DNA from: Tetramitus jugosus
Taxonomy: Eukaryota; Protista; Heterolobosea
Reading direction: 5' to 3'
Assembly (NCBI GenBank): GCA_937625935.1
Contig: CALMHQ010000002.1
Coordinates: 1 to 49,460, forward strand
Length of the DNA stretch: 49,460 bases
The notes beneath the pieces were generated by a model that saw only the letters and a list, made by a program, of their open reading frames with translations, was not told the origin of the DNA and made no database searches. Both the position numbers and the translations under genes were made by a program. Every line of letters starts with the position of its first letter. The stretch's first letter is position 1. Shown in pieces: positions 18,308 through 29,916 of this stretch.

Positions 18308-19962
18308 AGAGTAGGGTTTTATTCTGGCTCGGAGTGAATGCTACTGATATGCTTAACACATGCAAGTTGAACGTATCTTTTTAATGTTAGAATTCTTTTA
18401 TAAGAATAAGTAAAGATTTACGTAGCGAACGGGTGTAAAATGTAGATTGAATGTTACTTAAAAGTTTGGGATGATTGTTTTTACATAAATACCGAATACA
18501 ATTAAAGTATTTAATATAAATAGTACTTATAATAAAGGCTTATAAAGTCGCTTTTAAATACGCATCTATAGTTTTAGGTAGTTGGTGTGGTAATGGCACA
18601 CCAAGCCAGACATGCTTAGCTGTTCTGAGAGGATGTACAGCCACATAGAGACTGAGACAAGGCTCTGGCTCCGTTTGGAGGCAGCAGTGGGGAATCTTGG
18701 GCAATGAGCGAAAGCTTGACCCAGCAATATCAATAGAGTGAACGAAGATTTTTAATCGTAAAACTCTTCCTTTAGCTAAGATTATGACTTAAACTAAAGA
18801 TTAGCGCTGGCAAAATCTCGTGCCAGCCGCCGCGGTAATACGGGTAGCGCTAGTGTTATTCCTCTTGATTGGGCGTAAAGGGTGTGTAGGCGGTATAATA
18901 AGTTAGAAATGAAAGACTATGCTTATCAATTGTAAATTTCTAAAACTATTATACTAGAGTAATATGAAAGATAGCGGAACCTTTAACATCAGAGTTGAAA
19001 TGCGTATACATTAAAGGGAACCCCGAAGGCGAAAGCAGCTATCTATTTATTTCTGACGCTGAGGCACGAAGGCATGGGGATCAAATAGGATTAGATACCC
19101 TAGTAGTCCATGCTGTCAACGATGAGTATTAAATGTCTTACTATTTAGTGGGATGTTACAGCTTACGCGTTAAATACTCCGCCTGGGAAGTACGATCGCA
19201 AGATTGAAACCTTAAGAAATTGACGGAGGTTAGTTGCAAGCGGTGGAGCATGTGGTTTAATTTGATAAAACGCGTAGAATCTTACCAATCTTTGATATAT
19301 CCATAATAGATAGTTAGAACTTATTATTTATAATAAACTAAAGACTTGTCTTTCTATCTCATAACATATTTATTTAAAATATGTTATGAATCTTTGTAAA
19401 ATATTTTTTTTTTAGAATATTTGCTTATATAAAAATTGGATACAGATGCTGCATGGCTGTCGTAAGGCCGTGCTGTGAAGTGTTAGATTAATTTCTTTCA
19501 ACGGCCACAACCCCTATCCTAAGTTGTTTTACTATTCAGTAAAGAGAAACTTGGGATATTGCCTACGTAATGTGGGATGAAAGTAGGGACGACGTCAAGT
19601 CATCATGGCTCTTATAGATTGGGCTACACATGTGCTACATTGGTAGATACAAAGAGAAGCAAAGATGTGAATCTGAGCAAATCTAAAAAATCTATCTTAG
19701 TTCGGATTGTTCTCTGAAACTCGAGAACATGAAGTTGGAATCGCTAGTAATCGTGGATAAGAACGCCACGGTGAATTTGTCACCTAACCTTGTACATACC
19801 GCCCGTCACGTCACGAAAGTTGGTTGTTCTGTAGGTTGTATTTAAATTTATTATAATTATTTATTAATGAAATAAAGTATCAGTACAATCAAAGGGTGAT
19901 CGATGATTGAGATGAAGTCGTAACATGGTAGGCGTAAGGGAACTTGCGCCTGGAATAATGTA
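18308..19962 (+). rRNA. rns: Small subunit rRNA (ends approximate)
   Basis: CTGGCTC, GTGCCAGCCGCCGCGGTAA, GGATTAGATACCC, GTACATACCGCCCGTC, AAGTCGTAACATGGTA. Confidence 0.98.
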
Positions 19963-19966
19963 AATT

Positions 19967-20043
19967 GTTGGAGTAGATTAAATTTTTAGGAAAATCGTCA
20001 GACTCATGATCTGAAGACACTGGTTCAAGCCCAGTCTCCAACT
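19967..20043 (+). tRNA. trnM: tRNA-Met(CAU), probably initiator
   Basis: TCAGA-CTCATGA-TCTGA-AGAC resembles mitochondrial trnfM; enlarged D loop. Confidence 0.82.
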
Positions 20044-20046
20044 TAA

Positions 20047-22090
20047 AAGAGGTTTTTTAACAAAAAATAAACAAGTAATAAATGGATGCCTTGGCATTTA
20101 GTTAATGACGTTGTAAACGATAAGCTAGTTAGAAAACGGCATGTTATCTATGAAATTAGCGTTTAAATTATTGCATATTATTATGTAATAATTACATTTT
20201 TTATTATTGCTAAAAAAGTGAAACATCTCATTATTTAGTAAATAAGAAATCAACAGAGATACTGTAAGTAGTGGTGAGCGAAAGCAGTTTAGACAGTAAT
20301 GATATATGTACTAAGAAAAGCGCTGAAAAGGCTTACTATATATGGTGACAGTCCAGTATTTTGTACATACATTCTGCAAATATTGTTTTCTATATACCTT
20401 AAAATTTTTTATTTTTTGAAGTTATAAATTAATTGTACATAAAGTTATATATTTATATATAACTTTATGTACAATTTTTATATAACTTTTTGTGTATAGA
20501 ATTAGTTTAGAAATAAAGATGATATTTGCCTTCTTAAAGTAGGATAATAATTCATATATTGTTTGAATAATGAATACCACTTTAAATGTCTATATACAAC
20601 TAAATGACCGATAGTGAATAGTACTGTGAGGGAAAGGTGGAAAGAAGCCGTGAAAGGTTTGAAGACGTAACTGAAGTTTATTACTTATTAGCATATGAAG
20701 CACTATTGACGGAAGCGTCTTTAGAGAGTGACATTATACCTTTTGCATAATGGGTCAACGACTATATAAAAATAGCAAGCTTAATTTATTAAAAGTAGGC
20801 GAAGTTAAAACAAGAATAACAGAAGTTATTTTTATATAACCCGAAGCTAGGTGATCTATTCATGATCAGATTGATGAAGACTTTAATAGGTTTTTGGAGG
20901 ATCGAACCCGTGTATGTTGCAATATACTGGGATGAATTGTGAATAGGGGTGAAAGGCCAATCAAACCTAGAATAGCTGGTTTTCTGCGAAATCTATTGAG
21001 GTAGAGCATTTATTTTAGTCTTATTAGGGTAGAGCACTCATTGTATGATGGGGACCATCATATCTTACTGAATACAATAAAACTTTCAATACTAATAATG
21101 AATTAAATGAATAGTCAGAATGTAAGTGATAAGATTTATATTCGAGAGGGAAACAGCCCAAATTACAAACTAAAGTCTTAAAATATATATTTAGTGAATG
21201 AGGAGTTAATGTGTATAAAATCATTCAGGATGTAGGCTTGGAAGCAGCCACCATTTAAAGAAAGCGTAAATGCTCACTGAATCGTAATACAATCATTCTG
21301 TAAATGTATAGAGTCTAAATATATTACTGAAGTTGTAATATTAAGTAGCAGAACATTCTGTAATTTGCTGAAGGAAAACAATGGTTGTTTGTTTAGTGTT
21401 TGAAAAAATCAGAAGAGATTATGTTGACATGAGTAACTTAAATAATGTGAGAAACATTATCGCCGAAAATCCAAGGGTTTCATATTTACAGATTATCTAA
21501 ATTGAGTTAAACGGTTTCTAAGAAAATAAATAAAACATATTTTTTGATGAAAATATTATTTTTATATTCTAATAAAGGTGACAGTATATATAGTTTTATG
21601 CTTTTAAGTATAAATGAGTATACTCAGGAAAAACCTTTATATATATTGGTGTTTAGTATTTAAGACCGTACCCTAAGCGGACACACGTGGATAAGTAGAG
21701 TATACTAAGGCGATTGAGATAATAGCATTGAAGGAACTCGGCAAAATAACTCCGTAACTTCGGAAGAAGGAGTATTATTTATCTATTCAGATAAATAGTG
21801 TAACAGAGCAGGGAAGGGCGACTGTTTAGCAAAAACACAGGACGCTGCAAAATTATAATATATGATGTATTGCGTCTGACACCTGTCCGGTGCTGGTAAT
21901 TTGAAAAAAAAAAGTGAAAGCTTTTTTTATAAGAGCCGGTAAACGACGGCCCTATCTTGAGGGTCCAAAGGTAGCGAAATTCCTTGGCAGTTAATTGCTG
22001 TCCCGCATGAATGGTGTAACGACTTTTCCACTGTCTCCAATGTTATCTCAGTGAAATTGAATTTTCTGTGAAAATGCAGAGTACTTGCAG

Positions 22091-22124
<34 letters not shown>

Positions 22125-22435
22125 TCATAAATAGTTTCTAATTTTTGGGGAAATGTAGAATAGGCATAAATTTGATTTTTTAAGGTCTTTTTTTTTTTGA
22201 AATATTGTTTTTTTCTGAGTTAGTACTAATAAGTATATTTAATATTTTATGATTGGTAGTTTTTCTGGGGCGGAAACCACCTAAAAAGTAACGGTGGTGT
22301 ACAAAGGTAAATTTCAATAATAATTATAATTATTTGAAATATTCAGTGGTATAAGTTTGCTTGATTGTTGTATAAACAAATATAACAAGAACGAAAGTTG
22401 GTCACAGTGATCCGATAATTCTGTGTGGAAAGGTT

Positions 22436-22475
<40 letters not shown>

Positions 22476-22507
22476 TATGACTCCTTAGAGTCCTAATCGA
22501 CGGAGTT

Positions 22508-22542
<35 letters not shown>

Positions 22543-22921
22543 AGCTGAAAGCGGTTCCAAGGGTTTAGCTGTTCGCTAATGAAAGTGGTACGTGAGCTGG
22601 GTTCAGAACGTTGTGAAACAGTTCGGTCCCTATCTACTGTAAGGTATTAGAGAATATATTTTAACTTTTTTTTAGTACGAAAGGACTGAAAAAAGCGCAC
22701 CTCTTGTGTACCAATTGTATGGAGTATTTTACAAAATGCATCGTTGGGTAGCTACGTACGTAAAAATAATTGCTGAAGGCATCTAAGCAAGAAGTTTTAA
22801 AATGTTGTTTTCTTTTGAGGATAGTAATAGACTATTACTTTTTAGGTTAAGTGTGTATATCATGTAAGTGATTCAGCTTATTAATACTAAAAGTCCAATA
22901 ATTTTTTGTTTCAGACCTCTT
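20047..22921 (+). rRNA. rnl: Large subunit rRNA (ends approximate)
   Basis: GGATGCCTTGGC, GACCGATAGTGAA, GGATAACAGGCT, CACCTCGATGTCGGCTC, sarcin-ricin-like AGTACGAAAGGAC. Termini are complementary (AAGAGGT/ACCTCTT, AACAAAAAAT/TTTTTTGTT). Confidence 0.97.
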
Positions 22922-23046
22922 ATTTTTTTTTTACTTTTTTACATTCGCATTCACCTTTAACCTTATATCCCCTGTATTATATATATTTAATAAAGTATAT
23001 ACAATATTTATATAATTTTAAAGGTACAAATAATTAATTATAAAAT

Positions 23047-24144
23047 ATGAATTTTCTTTTTTTTTTTATTTATATCTTTCTTGAAGTTGATAGATTTATA
23101 CGTAAAATTTGTTCTTTTATTCGTGATTCTATTCGCGATTATTTTTTTTTATTTATCGAGTCTAGTTATTTTATACTTCTATTATTAGTATTAGTTGTAA
23201 TTATATTTAATTTATTATCTATTGCTATTACTACTTTATTAGAAAGAAAAGCAATGTCTAGTATACAAAGACGTAGAGGACCAAATATAGTAGGTTTTTT
23301 TGGTTTATTACAGCCTATTGCTGATGGATTAAAATTATTGCTTAAGGAAATAATTTTACCAAGTAATTCTAATGTTTTTATTTTTTTATTTTCATCTATT
23401 TTAACATTGTTTTGTAGTATGTTATTATGGTTAGTAATTCCTTTTTCAGATTCAATATTATTACTTGATTTGAGTTATTCTAGTTTATATTTACTAGCTG
23501 TTTCTTCTTTTTCTGTGTATGGTATTATTTTTTCTGGGTGGTCTAGTAATTCTAAATATGCTTTTTTAGGTGGTTTACGTTCTGCAGCTCAAATGATTTC
23601 TTATGAGGTTACTATTGGTTTAGTGTATGTAAGTATTATTGTAATGTGTGATAGTTTTAGTTTTGTAGACTTTGTATTATGTCAAGAATATGTATGGTTT
23701 GTATTTCCTTTATTTCCACTTTATATTGTGTTTTTTATTTCTATGTTAGCTGAAACTAATAGAGCTCCTTTTGATTTACCTGAAGCAGAAGCTGAACTTG
23801 TTGCAGGTTATAATGTAGAGTACTCTTCCATTGCTTTTGCTTTATTTTTTTTAGGAGAATATGGTAATATGATATTAATGAGCACTTTAAATACAATTTT
23901 TTTTTTAGGTGGGTGGTTTCCTATATTTAATATAACTTTATTTAATGAATTAGTAGATCCTTATATTTGGATTGCAGTAAAAACTGCTTTTAATGTTTTT
24001 GTTTTTGTTTGGGTTAGAGCTAGTTTACCTAGATATAGATATGACCAATTAATGAAATTTTGTTGGAAAGTATTATTACCAGTTACTTTATTTTTAGTTT
24101 TTTTTTTTCAATTTATTTTAATATACTTTGAAATGTTTATATAA
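23047..24144 (+). CDS. nad1: NADH dehydrogenase subunit 1
   Basis: ERK...[36 protein letters not shown]. Confidence 0.99.
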   Translation: MNFLFFFIYIFLEVDRFIRKICSFIRDSIRDYFFLFIESSYFILLLLVLVVIIFNLLSIAITTLLERKAMSSIQRRRGPNIVGFFGLLQPIADGLKLLLKEIILPSNSNVFIFLFSSILTLFCSMLLWLVIPFSDSILLLDLSYSSLYLLAVSSFSVYGIIFSGWSSNSKYAFLGGLRSAAQMISYEVTIGLVYVSIIVMCDSFSFVDFVLCQEYVWFVFPLFPLYIVFFISMLAETNRAPFDLPEAEAELVAGYNVEYSSIAFALFFLGEYGNMILMSTLNTIFFLGGWFPIFNITLFNELVDPYIWIAVKTAFNVFVFVWVRASLPRYRYDQLMKFCWKVLLPVTLFLVFFFQFILIYFEMFI

Positions 24145-24150
24145 ATTTTT

Positions 24151-26379
24151 TTGATACAATTTGATATTTTATTTATTGTAAACGAATACACTACTATTTT
24201 TTTTATATATTATATGCAGAAATATTTAAATTGGAAACGTTTACTAGTTAAGTACATTAAATACAAAAAAAAAGGTGATTATTTTTTAACTCTTCAAAAT
24301 ATTAAATATTATAATAGTAATTTATTTCAATATAAGTATAAATATTATAATCGTTTATTGCAAAAACAAATATCTTCTGGTTTTTTTTTCCCTAGTGTAG
24401 AAATTCAAAATGTTGAAAATTATTATTTAGGAAAGCATTTTATTGTGCATAATACTCTTGATTATTTTAAGGATAGTTTAAATAAGTATTTAAAAAAAAA
24501 AAAATCAATATACAAGTACAATTATAATACAGCGGAACCATTAAATTCATATTTAAATATTTTTTGTACATTATGTAGTATTGAAAATGTTTATTCTTTT
24601 TATAATTTTTCTAATGTTATGTATTTTATGGACTACGATCACACAGAAGTAGATTTAATGAATTTTGTACATTTTGATTATACTGGAGGTTCTTCTGAGA
24701 TATTACATCTAGTATTATTTCATAATGATATTATTTATAATAACTTTAGTTTTGAATTTTTTGAAAATAAAAATACTATTTCCGCTCATTATATACGTAC
24801 TTCTAAATTATTTGATCTTAATTCTTCTATTTTCACCGAGATGTTAATAAGTAATTCTAATAGTAAAGTATGTTATAATAATTATGCTAGTTATGATTAT
24901 TTACATTCATATTTTTTTTTAAATATGAGGGATAAATTAAAAAAAAATATAAAATATGAATTACAAAAAAGATATACAGAAAAATTAGAATACTTAGCTG
25001 AATTTAAAATTAGAATGGAAGAATATTTAGCGCGTATAAAAGAAGAAACAAGAATAAAATCTGATAAAAGTATTGGAGAAAAACAGAAAGAAAGATTAAT
25101 AATTGAAGGGCACCGTAAACAAAAAGAGGCTGAAACACAAAGAGCAGAATTTAAAGAAAAAACAAGTAAAGAGTTTATACTTACTCAAATTGATTTTTCT
25201 AATTATACATATTTCAAGCCGTCTTTAAATGATGTACATAGTCTACCGATTAATAATTTTGATTATTTATCTAATTTAAATAATACTAATAAATTTATTA
25301 GTAATAATATATATCAGTATGAATATGAAAATATAAATAATCAAATTTCTATTTATGATAAAAATACAAAATCAGGTGCAATTAATTCTATAGTAGATAA
25401 AATTAGTATTAATAACTTAAATTATTATGAATTAAATATACAAGAACCTATCAATAAAGAATTACAGTTAAAACAAAATAAATATAATTTTGAAAAATAT
25501 AATAAATTTTTTATGGATTTATTGAATGGATTATTAAATTATTCTGAATTACGTAGCTTTGATATTGAAAATTTATATAAAAGTAAAAATAAATTTGAAA
25601 GATTATTTAGTAATAGATTTAAGATATTAAAAATTATGTATAATAATTATAAATTAAATACTAAATTTCCAATTAAATATTTATATTTTTCAAAGTCTAA
25701 AGTACAAACTAGTAGTAACATTAGTAATAACACTATATTATATTATCGAAAAAAAAATATATATGTTCAACTATTAATTCCTAGAATTAGTAATTTATTA
25801 TATTATCCTTCCTCATACTTTTTTGATGCAAAGCATAATTATTACACTTATTGGGATATTAACTGTCTATATTATAAATTTTTAGGTTTTTTAATTAAGC
25901 ATGGTAAAAGACATAAAGCAGAATCTATATTAAGTAATAGTTTTTCTTTTCTAAAGAACTTAAGTTTATGTAATCCATTATATTTATTTATGAAGGCTAT
26001 TTATAATGGTCAAACTTTTTTTGAATTTACAAAACAAAAAAAACAGACTAAATCTATTTTAATTCCTAGATTTGCACCTTTAAATAAACGAGTTAGAATT
26101 TCTATGCGTTTAATTACTCAAAATATTAGAGATCATGATAATTTACGTAAAATGAAAAAATCAAAAAAATATAAAGTAAGTACTTCTTATTTATTATCAA
26201 ATATACTTATTTCTTATTTTTTCAAAATAGGTAAAGTAAAAACTGATCTAAAAACTAATGTAACTAGTGCTTTTAAGCAAAAACATTTATTACGAAAAAA
26301 TGTTGGAATATTTGTATACAATAGATTATTAAAATTTTTAGCTTTTCGTAAAATTAGAGGATATCATATTAGCAAATAG
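24151..26379 (+). CDS. rps7: Ribosomal protein uS7 with about 550-570 aa N-terminal extension (TTG 24151 or ATG 24214)
   Basis: C-terminal KFLGFLIKHGKRHKAESIL...NPLYLFMKAIYN...IP is uS7-like; single uninterrupted frame. Confidence 0.78.
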   Translation: MIQFDILFIVNEYTTIFFIYYMQKYLNWKRLLVKYIKYKKKGDYFLTLQNIKYYNSNLFQYKYKYYNRLLQKQISSGFFFPSVEIQNVENYYLGKHFIVHNTLDYFKDSLNKYLKKKKSIYKYNYNTAEPLNSYLNIFCTLCSIENVYSFYNFSNVMYFMDYDHTEVDLMNFVHFDYTGGSSEILHLVLFHNDIIYNNFSFEFFENKNTISAHYIRTSKLFDLNSSIFTEMLISNSNSKVCYNNYASYDYLHSYFFLNMRDKLKKNIKYELQKRYTEKLEYLAEFKIRMEEYLARIKEETRIKSDKSIGEKQKERLIIEGHRKQKEAETQRAEFKEKTSKEFILTQIDFSNYTYFKPSLNDVHSLPINNFDYLSNLNNTNKFISNNIYQYEYENINNQISIYDKNTKSGAINSIVDKISINNLNYYELNIQEPINKELQLKQNKYNFEKYNKFFMDLLNGLLNYSELRSFDIENLYKSKNKFERLFSNRFKILKIMYNNYKLNTKFPIKYLYFSKSKVQTSSNISNNTILYYRKKNIYVQLLIPRISNLLYYPSSYFFDAKHNYYTYWDINCLYYKFLGFLIKHGKRHKAESILSNSFSFLKNLSLCNPLYLFMKAIYNGQTFFEFTKQKKQTKSILIPRFAPLNKRVRISMRLITQNIRDHDNLRKMKKSKKYKVSTSYLLSNILISYFFKIGKVKTDLKTNVTSAFKQKHLLRKNVGIFVYNRLLKFLAFRKIRGYHISK

Positions 26380-26448
26380 CATATATTAAATTTTTATTCG
26401 CATAGCAACTATTAAATAGAAATAATACTATGTGTAATTTTTATTTAT

Positions 26449-28599
26449 ATGAAATCAGTATTATTAAAAGTAAAACATTCTAATATATTTAAATATTTAT
26501 TAAAGGTGAATAAAAAAAAATGGAAACATAATGCTTTATTTATTAATGATAAAAAAATACGTTTGGAGGACCGTTGTTATAATAGCACTATATTAAAATT
26601 TTGTGATTTTATTGGTGTTGGCGTTCCACGTTTTTGTTTTCATGATAGATTATTTATTGCAGGTAATTGTAGAATGTGTATGGTTGAAATTAAGTCATCC
26701 TTTAAACCTGTTATTGCTTGCTCTACTACTTTAGTTCGAGGAATGCATATATATACTACTAGTTTTTTTGTTAAAAAAGCCCGTGAAAATGTAATGGAGT
26801 TTTTATTAATCAATCATCCTTTAGATTGTCCAATATGTGATCAAGGAGGAGAATGTGACTTACAGGATCAAGCAATTATCTTTGGTAGTGATCGTGGTAG
26901 ATTTAAAGAAGTAAAAAGATCTGTTTTAGATTTTTTTATGGGGCCTGTAGTTAAAACAATTATGACTCGTTGTATTCATTGTACACGATGTATTAGATTT
27001 AATGAAGAAATAGTTGGTAACACTATTCTTGGTAGATTAGGTAGAGGTGATAGCACTGAAATTGGTACATACATTACTAAGCCTTTTATTGATGAATTAT
27101 CTGGTAATATTGTAGATGTTTGTCCAGTAGGAGCATTAACTTCTAAAAGTTATGCTTTTAAAGCTAGACCATGGGAATTAAAAAATTTAGAATCAATTGA
27201 TATATTTGATAGCTTAGGTAGTAACATACGTATAGATATTAAAGGTAATGAAATTGTAAGAATCTTGCCTAAAAGACATGATTATTTAAATGAGGAATGG
27301 ATTACTGATAAAGTACGATTTTCTTTTGAGGGATTAAAAAATAATAGAATACTTTTTCCTATGTATAGAGATAAAGCCGCTACGGATTTTTTATTACAAT
27401 CATGTAGTTTTTCATTTATTTTTAATTATTTAGTTAACAGTATAAATAATATTTTCAATTTTTATGATGATGGCGAGTCACGATCTATAGTACGTGTTGA
27501 ATTAAGTAATTATTTTACTTCTGCACAAGATTATTTTTATATTTCTTCTTTTTTTAGTGTATTAGGAATTGACAATATTAATTACTTTTCTAATGCATTA
27601 AACAATAATATTGATTTCAGGTACAATTATTTAGTTAATTCAAGTTTACGTGTTTTTACATATTATGAAAGTTATTTATTAGACAATATTAATTTAAAAA
27701 CTGTTAATCCTTTGATTAATAGTAGATTAAAGTATCGTAAGTTAAGGAAGGGAAATAATGTAAATGTTAGTTATATTGGTAAAAATATAAGTTTAAATTA
27801 TGATTATAATCATATTTCTAATTCTTATTTTACATTATTTTTTATATTAGAAGGTAAACATTTTTATAGTAGTAGATTATTTAAAGATTTAAATATTGTT
27901 AATAATTTAAATTCTAATTATAATAATTTAAATTTATATAATTATTTAAAACAATTTAAAGTGGATGTACAATTTACTACTATTTTAAATAGTAGCAGTG
28001 ATGTTACTGTTAGTGATTTAGGGCATTCTAATCCTAGTAATTATTATAGTGAGAATTCCGATATAATTTATTTATATAATACTGAATATTTAAATAACTC
28101 ACAGTTATTACGTTATATGAAAACAAAAGAATTAATTTTTCACGGTACTAATATTAGTGAAGAAATTAAAAAATATATTAGTGTTTTAATACCATCGACT
28201 TCTTTTTTTGAAACTAATGCTTCTTTTAGTAATTGCATTGGTATATCACAAAATAGTAATAAAGTTTTAACTAAGTTAAATAATTTTTACAGCGTTTCTG
28301 ATTTAATCTCATTTACATGTAATCTCTCTAATATTCCTCAAGTATCTTTTGCTGGCTTATATACTCAAATATCTTATAATAATCGGTTTGAAAAAGTATA
28401 TCCTTATGCAATTATAGATTATTTTTTACATATAGGTAAGTATGATCATATACATATAGTTAATACTTTTTTTACTGTTAATAATTTTGTGAGTAATAAT
28501 GTAAATTATTATAAAACTGATAATGTAACATTAAATTCTGATACTTTACAAAAATGTTCTTTATTATTATTAAATAATAATAATAATTTTATTATTTAA
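26449..28599 (+). CDS. nad11: NADH dehydrogenase subunit 11
   Basis: PRFC, AGNCRMC, HPLDCPICDQGGECDLQ, RCIHCTRC, CPVGAL. Confidence 0.98.
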   Translation: MKSVLLKVKHSNIFKYLLKVNKKKWKHNALFINDKKIRLEDRCYNSTILKFCDFIGVGVPRFCFHDRLFIAGNCRMCMVEIKSSFKPVIACSTTLVRGMHIYTTSFFVKKARENVMEFLLINHPLDCPICDQGGECDLQDQAIIFGSDRGRFKEVKRSVLDFFMGPVVKTIMTRCIHCTRCIRFNEEIVGNTILGRLGRGDSTEIGTYITKPFIDELSGNIVDVCPVGALTSKSYAFKARPWELKNLESIDIFDSLGSNIRIDIKGNEIVRILPKRHDYLNEEWITDKVRFSFEGLKNNRILFPMYRDKAATDFLLQSCSFSFIFNYLVNSINNIFNFYDDGESRSIVRVELSNYFTSAQDYFYISSFFSVLGIDNINYFSNALNNNIDFRYNYLVNSSLRVFTYYESYLLDNINLKTVNPLINSRLKYRKLRKGNNVNVSYIGKNISLNYDYNHISNSYFTLFFILEGKHFYSSRLFKDLNIVNNLNSNYNNLNLYNYLKQFKVDVQFTTILNSSSDVTVSDLGHSNPSNYYSENSDIIYLYNTEYLNNSQLLRYMKTKELIFHGTNISEEIKKYISVLIPSTSFFETNASFSNCIGISQNSNKVLTKLNNFYSVSDLISFTCNLSNIPQVSFAGLYTQISYNNRFEKVYPYAIIDYFLHIGKYDHIHIVNTFFTVNNFVSNNVNYYKTDNVTLNSDTLQKCSLLLLNNNNNFII

Positions 28600-28654
28600 T
28601 GATATAAAATTATTATTATTATTTAATAGTAAAATTATATTACATTTTATTACT

Positions 28655-28727
28655 ATTCTGGTAGCTCAGTTGGTAGAGCGTAGGACTGAAAATCCTCGTG
28701 TCGGTGGTTCGAGTCCACTTCAGAACA
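28655..28727 (+). tRNA. trnF: tRNA-Phe(GAA)
   Basis: Loop CTGAAAA; A1xC72. Confidence 0.93.
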
Positions 28728-28738
28728 ATTAATTTTTT

Positions 28739-28823
28739 TGATAGATGACAGAGTGGTCAAATGTGCTTGTTTGGAACACAAGTTTAGGATAACTAAGCGA
28801 AGGTTCAAATCCTTCTCTATCCT
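28739..28823 (+). tRNA. trnS: tRNA-Ser(GGA)
   Basis: CTTGT-TTGGAAC-ACAAG, long variable arm; U1xC72. Confidence 0.88.
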
Positions 28824-28876
28824 ATTTTGATAGCACAGATAATAATTGTGTTATTAATTATTATTCTTTATTGTTC

Positions 28877-29842
28877 ATGAAATTGGAAAGAGACAAGATA
28901 TATAATTACTATAGCACTGAGGAAAATCGTTTAAGAATGGAAAATTATATAAATCAAGATGTAGCGTTTACATCTGAAAGAAGATATTTTCATTATTATA
29001 ATGATATACCATACACACGTTGGCCATTTTATATAAGCGGTTTTATATTTTTATTTTTATTTTTTGGTGTTTTATATATAAATAAATATGAATACACTGG
29101 TTATTTAGTAGTTATTTCTTTTATTTCATTAGTTTACAATGTATTTGGATGGTTCAATGATATGTTAATAGAATCTATGGTATTTGGTAAATATAATAGA
29201 AAAGTTAGAAAAACTTTAGCTGCTGGATTTATTTTATTTATTGTTTCAGAAACATTATTATTTTTTGGTTTTTTTTGGACATACTTTGATAGATTTTTTC
29301 ATCCTTCTGTTTTTTTAGGTAGTAGATCTGTTCCATATGGTTTAGAAATGTCTATTTGGTATAAAAAACCATTAGTTGCCACATTAGTTTTAATTGCTTC
29401 AGGATATATCGGTAATTGTGCACATTATTATATGAAAATGAAAGATTGGCATACTGCTATATGTTACTCTGTAGGCTGTATACTATTTGGTTATACTTTT
29501 TTAGTAATGCAGTTAGAAGAATATATGCATTTATTATTTGATATTTCTGATAGTGTATTTGGTAGTATTTTTTATTTATTAACTGGTTTTCATGGTATAC
29601 ATGTATTAGTAGGTATGATTTTTTTAAATTATCAACATGATCGTTTATATTATTATCATTTTTCACAAGAAAGAAATTTAGGTTATGGGTTAGCTTTATT
29701 ATACTGGCATTTTGTTGATATTATATGGATTTTATTATTTATTTCTTTATATGTATTAAATTATAATGTACAACAAGCTGAATATGATTATTTTTCTCAT
29801 TTTAGAATTAGATTTAACGTATCTTTTGAAAGTAATATATAA
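28877..29842 (+). CDS. cox3: Cytochrome c oxidase subunit 3 (start uncertain)
   Basis: LFIVSE..FFGFFW, LTGFHGIHV, YWHFVDIIW. Confidence 0.97.
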   Translation: MKLERDKIYNYYSTEENRLRMENYINQDVAFTSERRYFHYYNDIPYTRWPFYISGFIFLFLFFGVLYINKYEYTGYLVVISFISLVYNVFGWFNDMLIESMVFGKYNRKVRKTLAAGFILFIVSETLLFFGFFWTYFDRFFHPSVFLGSRSVPYGLEMSIWYKKPLVATLVLIASGYIGNCAHYYMKMKDWHTAICYSVGCILFGYTFLVMQLEEYMHLLFDISDSVFGSIFYLLTGFHGIHVLVGMIFLNYQHDRLYYYHFSQERNLGYGLALLYWHFVDIIWILLFISLYVLNYNVQQAEYDYFSHFRIRFNVSFESNI

Positions 29843-29916
29843 TTATATGTATTTACTTTTTATTGTTTGTTTTTTTATAAAAAACTTTATATTAATTCAT
29901 TATACATAAAAAAAAA

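Noticed and set aside
19746-19753. rns AGTAATC as a pairing partner for GATTACT
   Set aside because: A universally conserved, structurally engaged rRNA segment; the complementarity is likely coincidental
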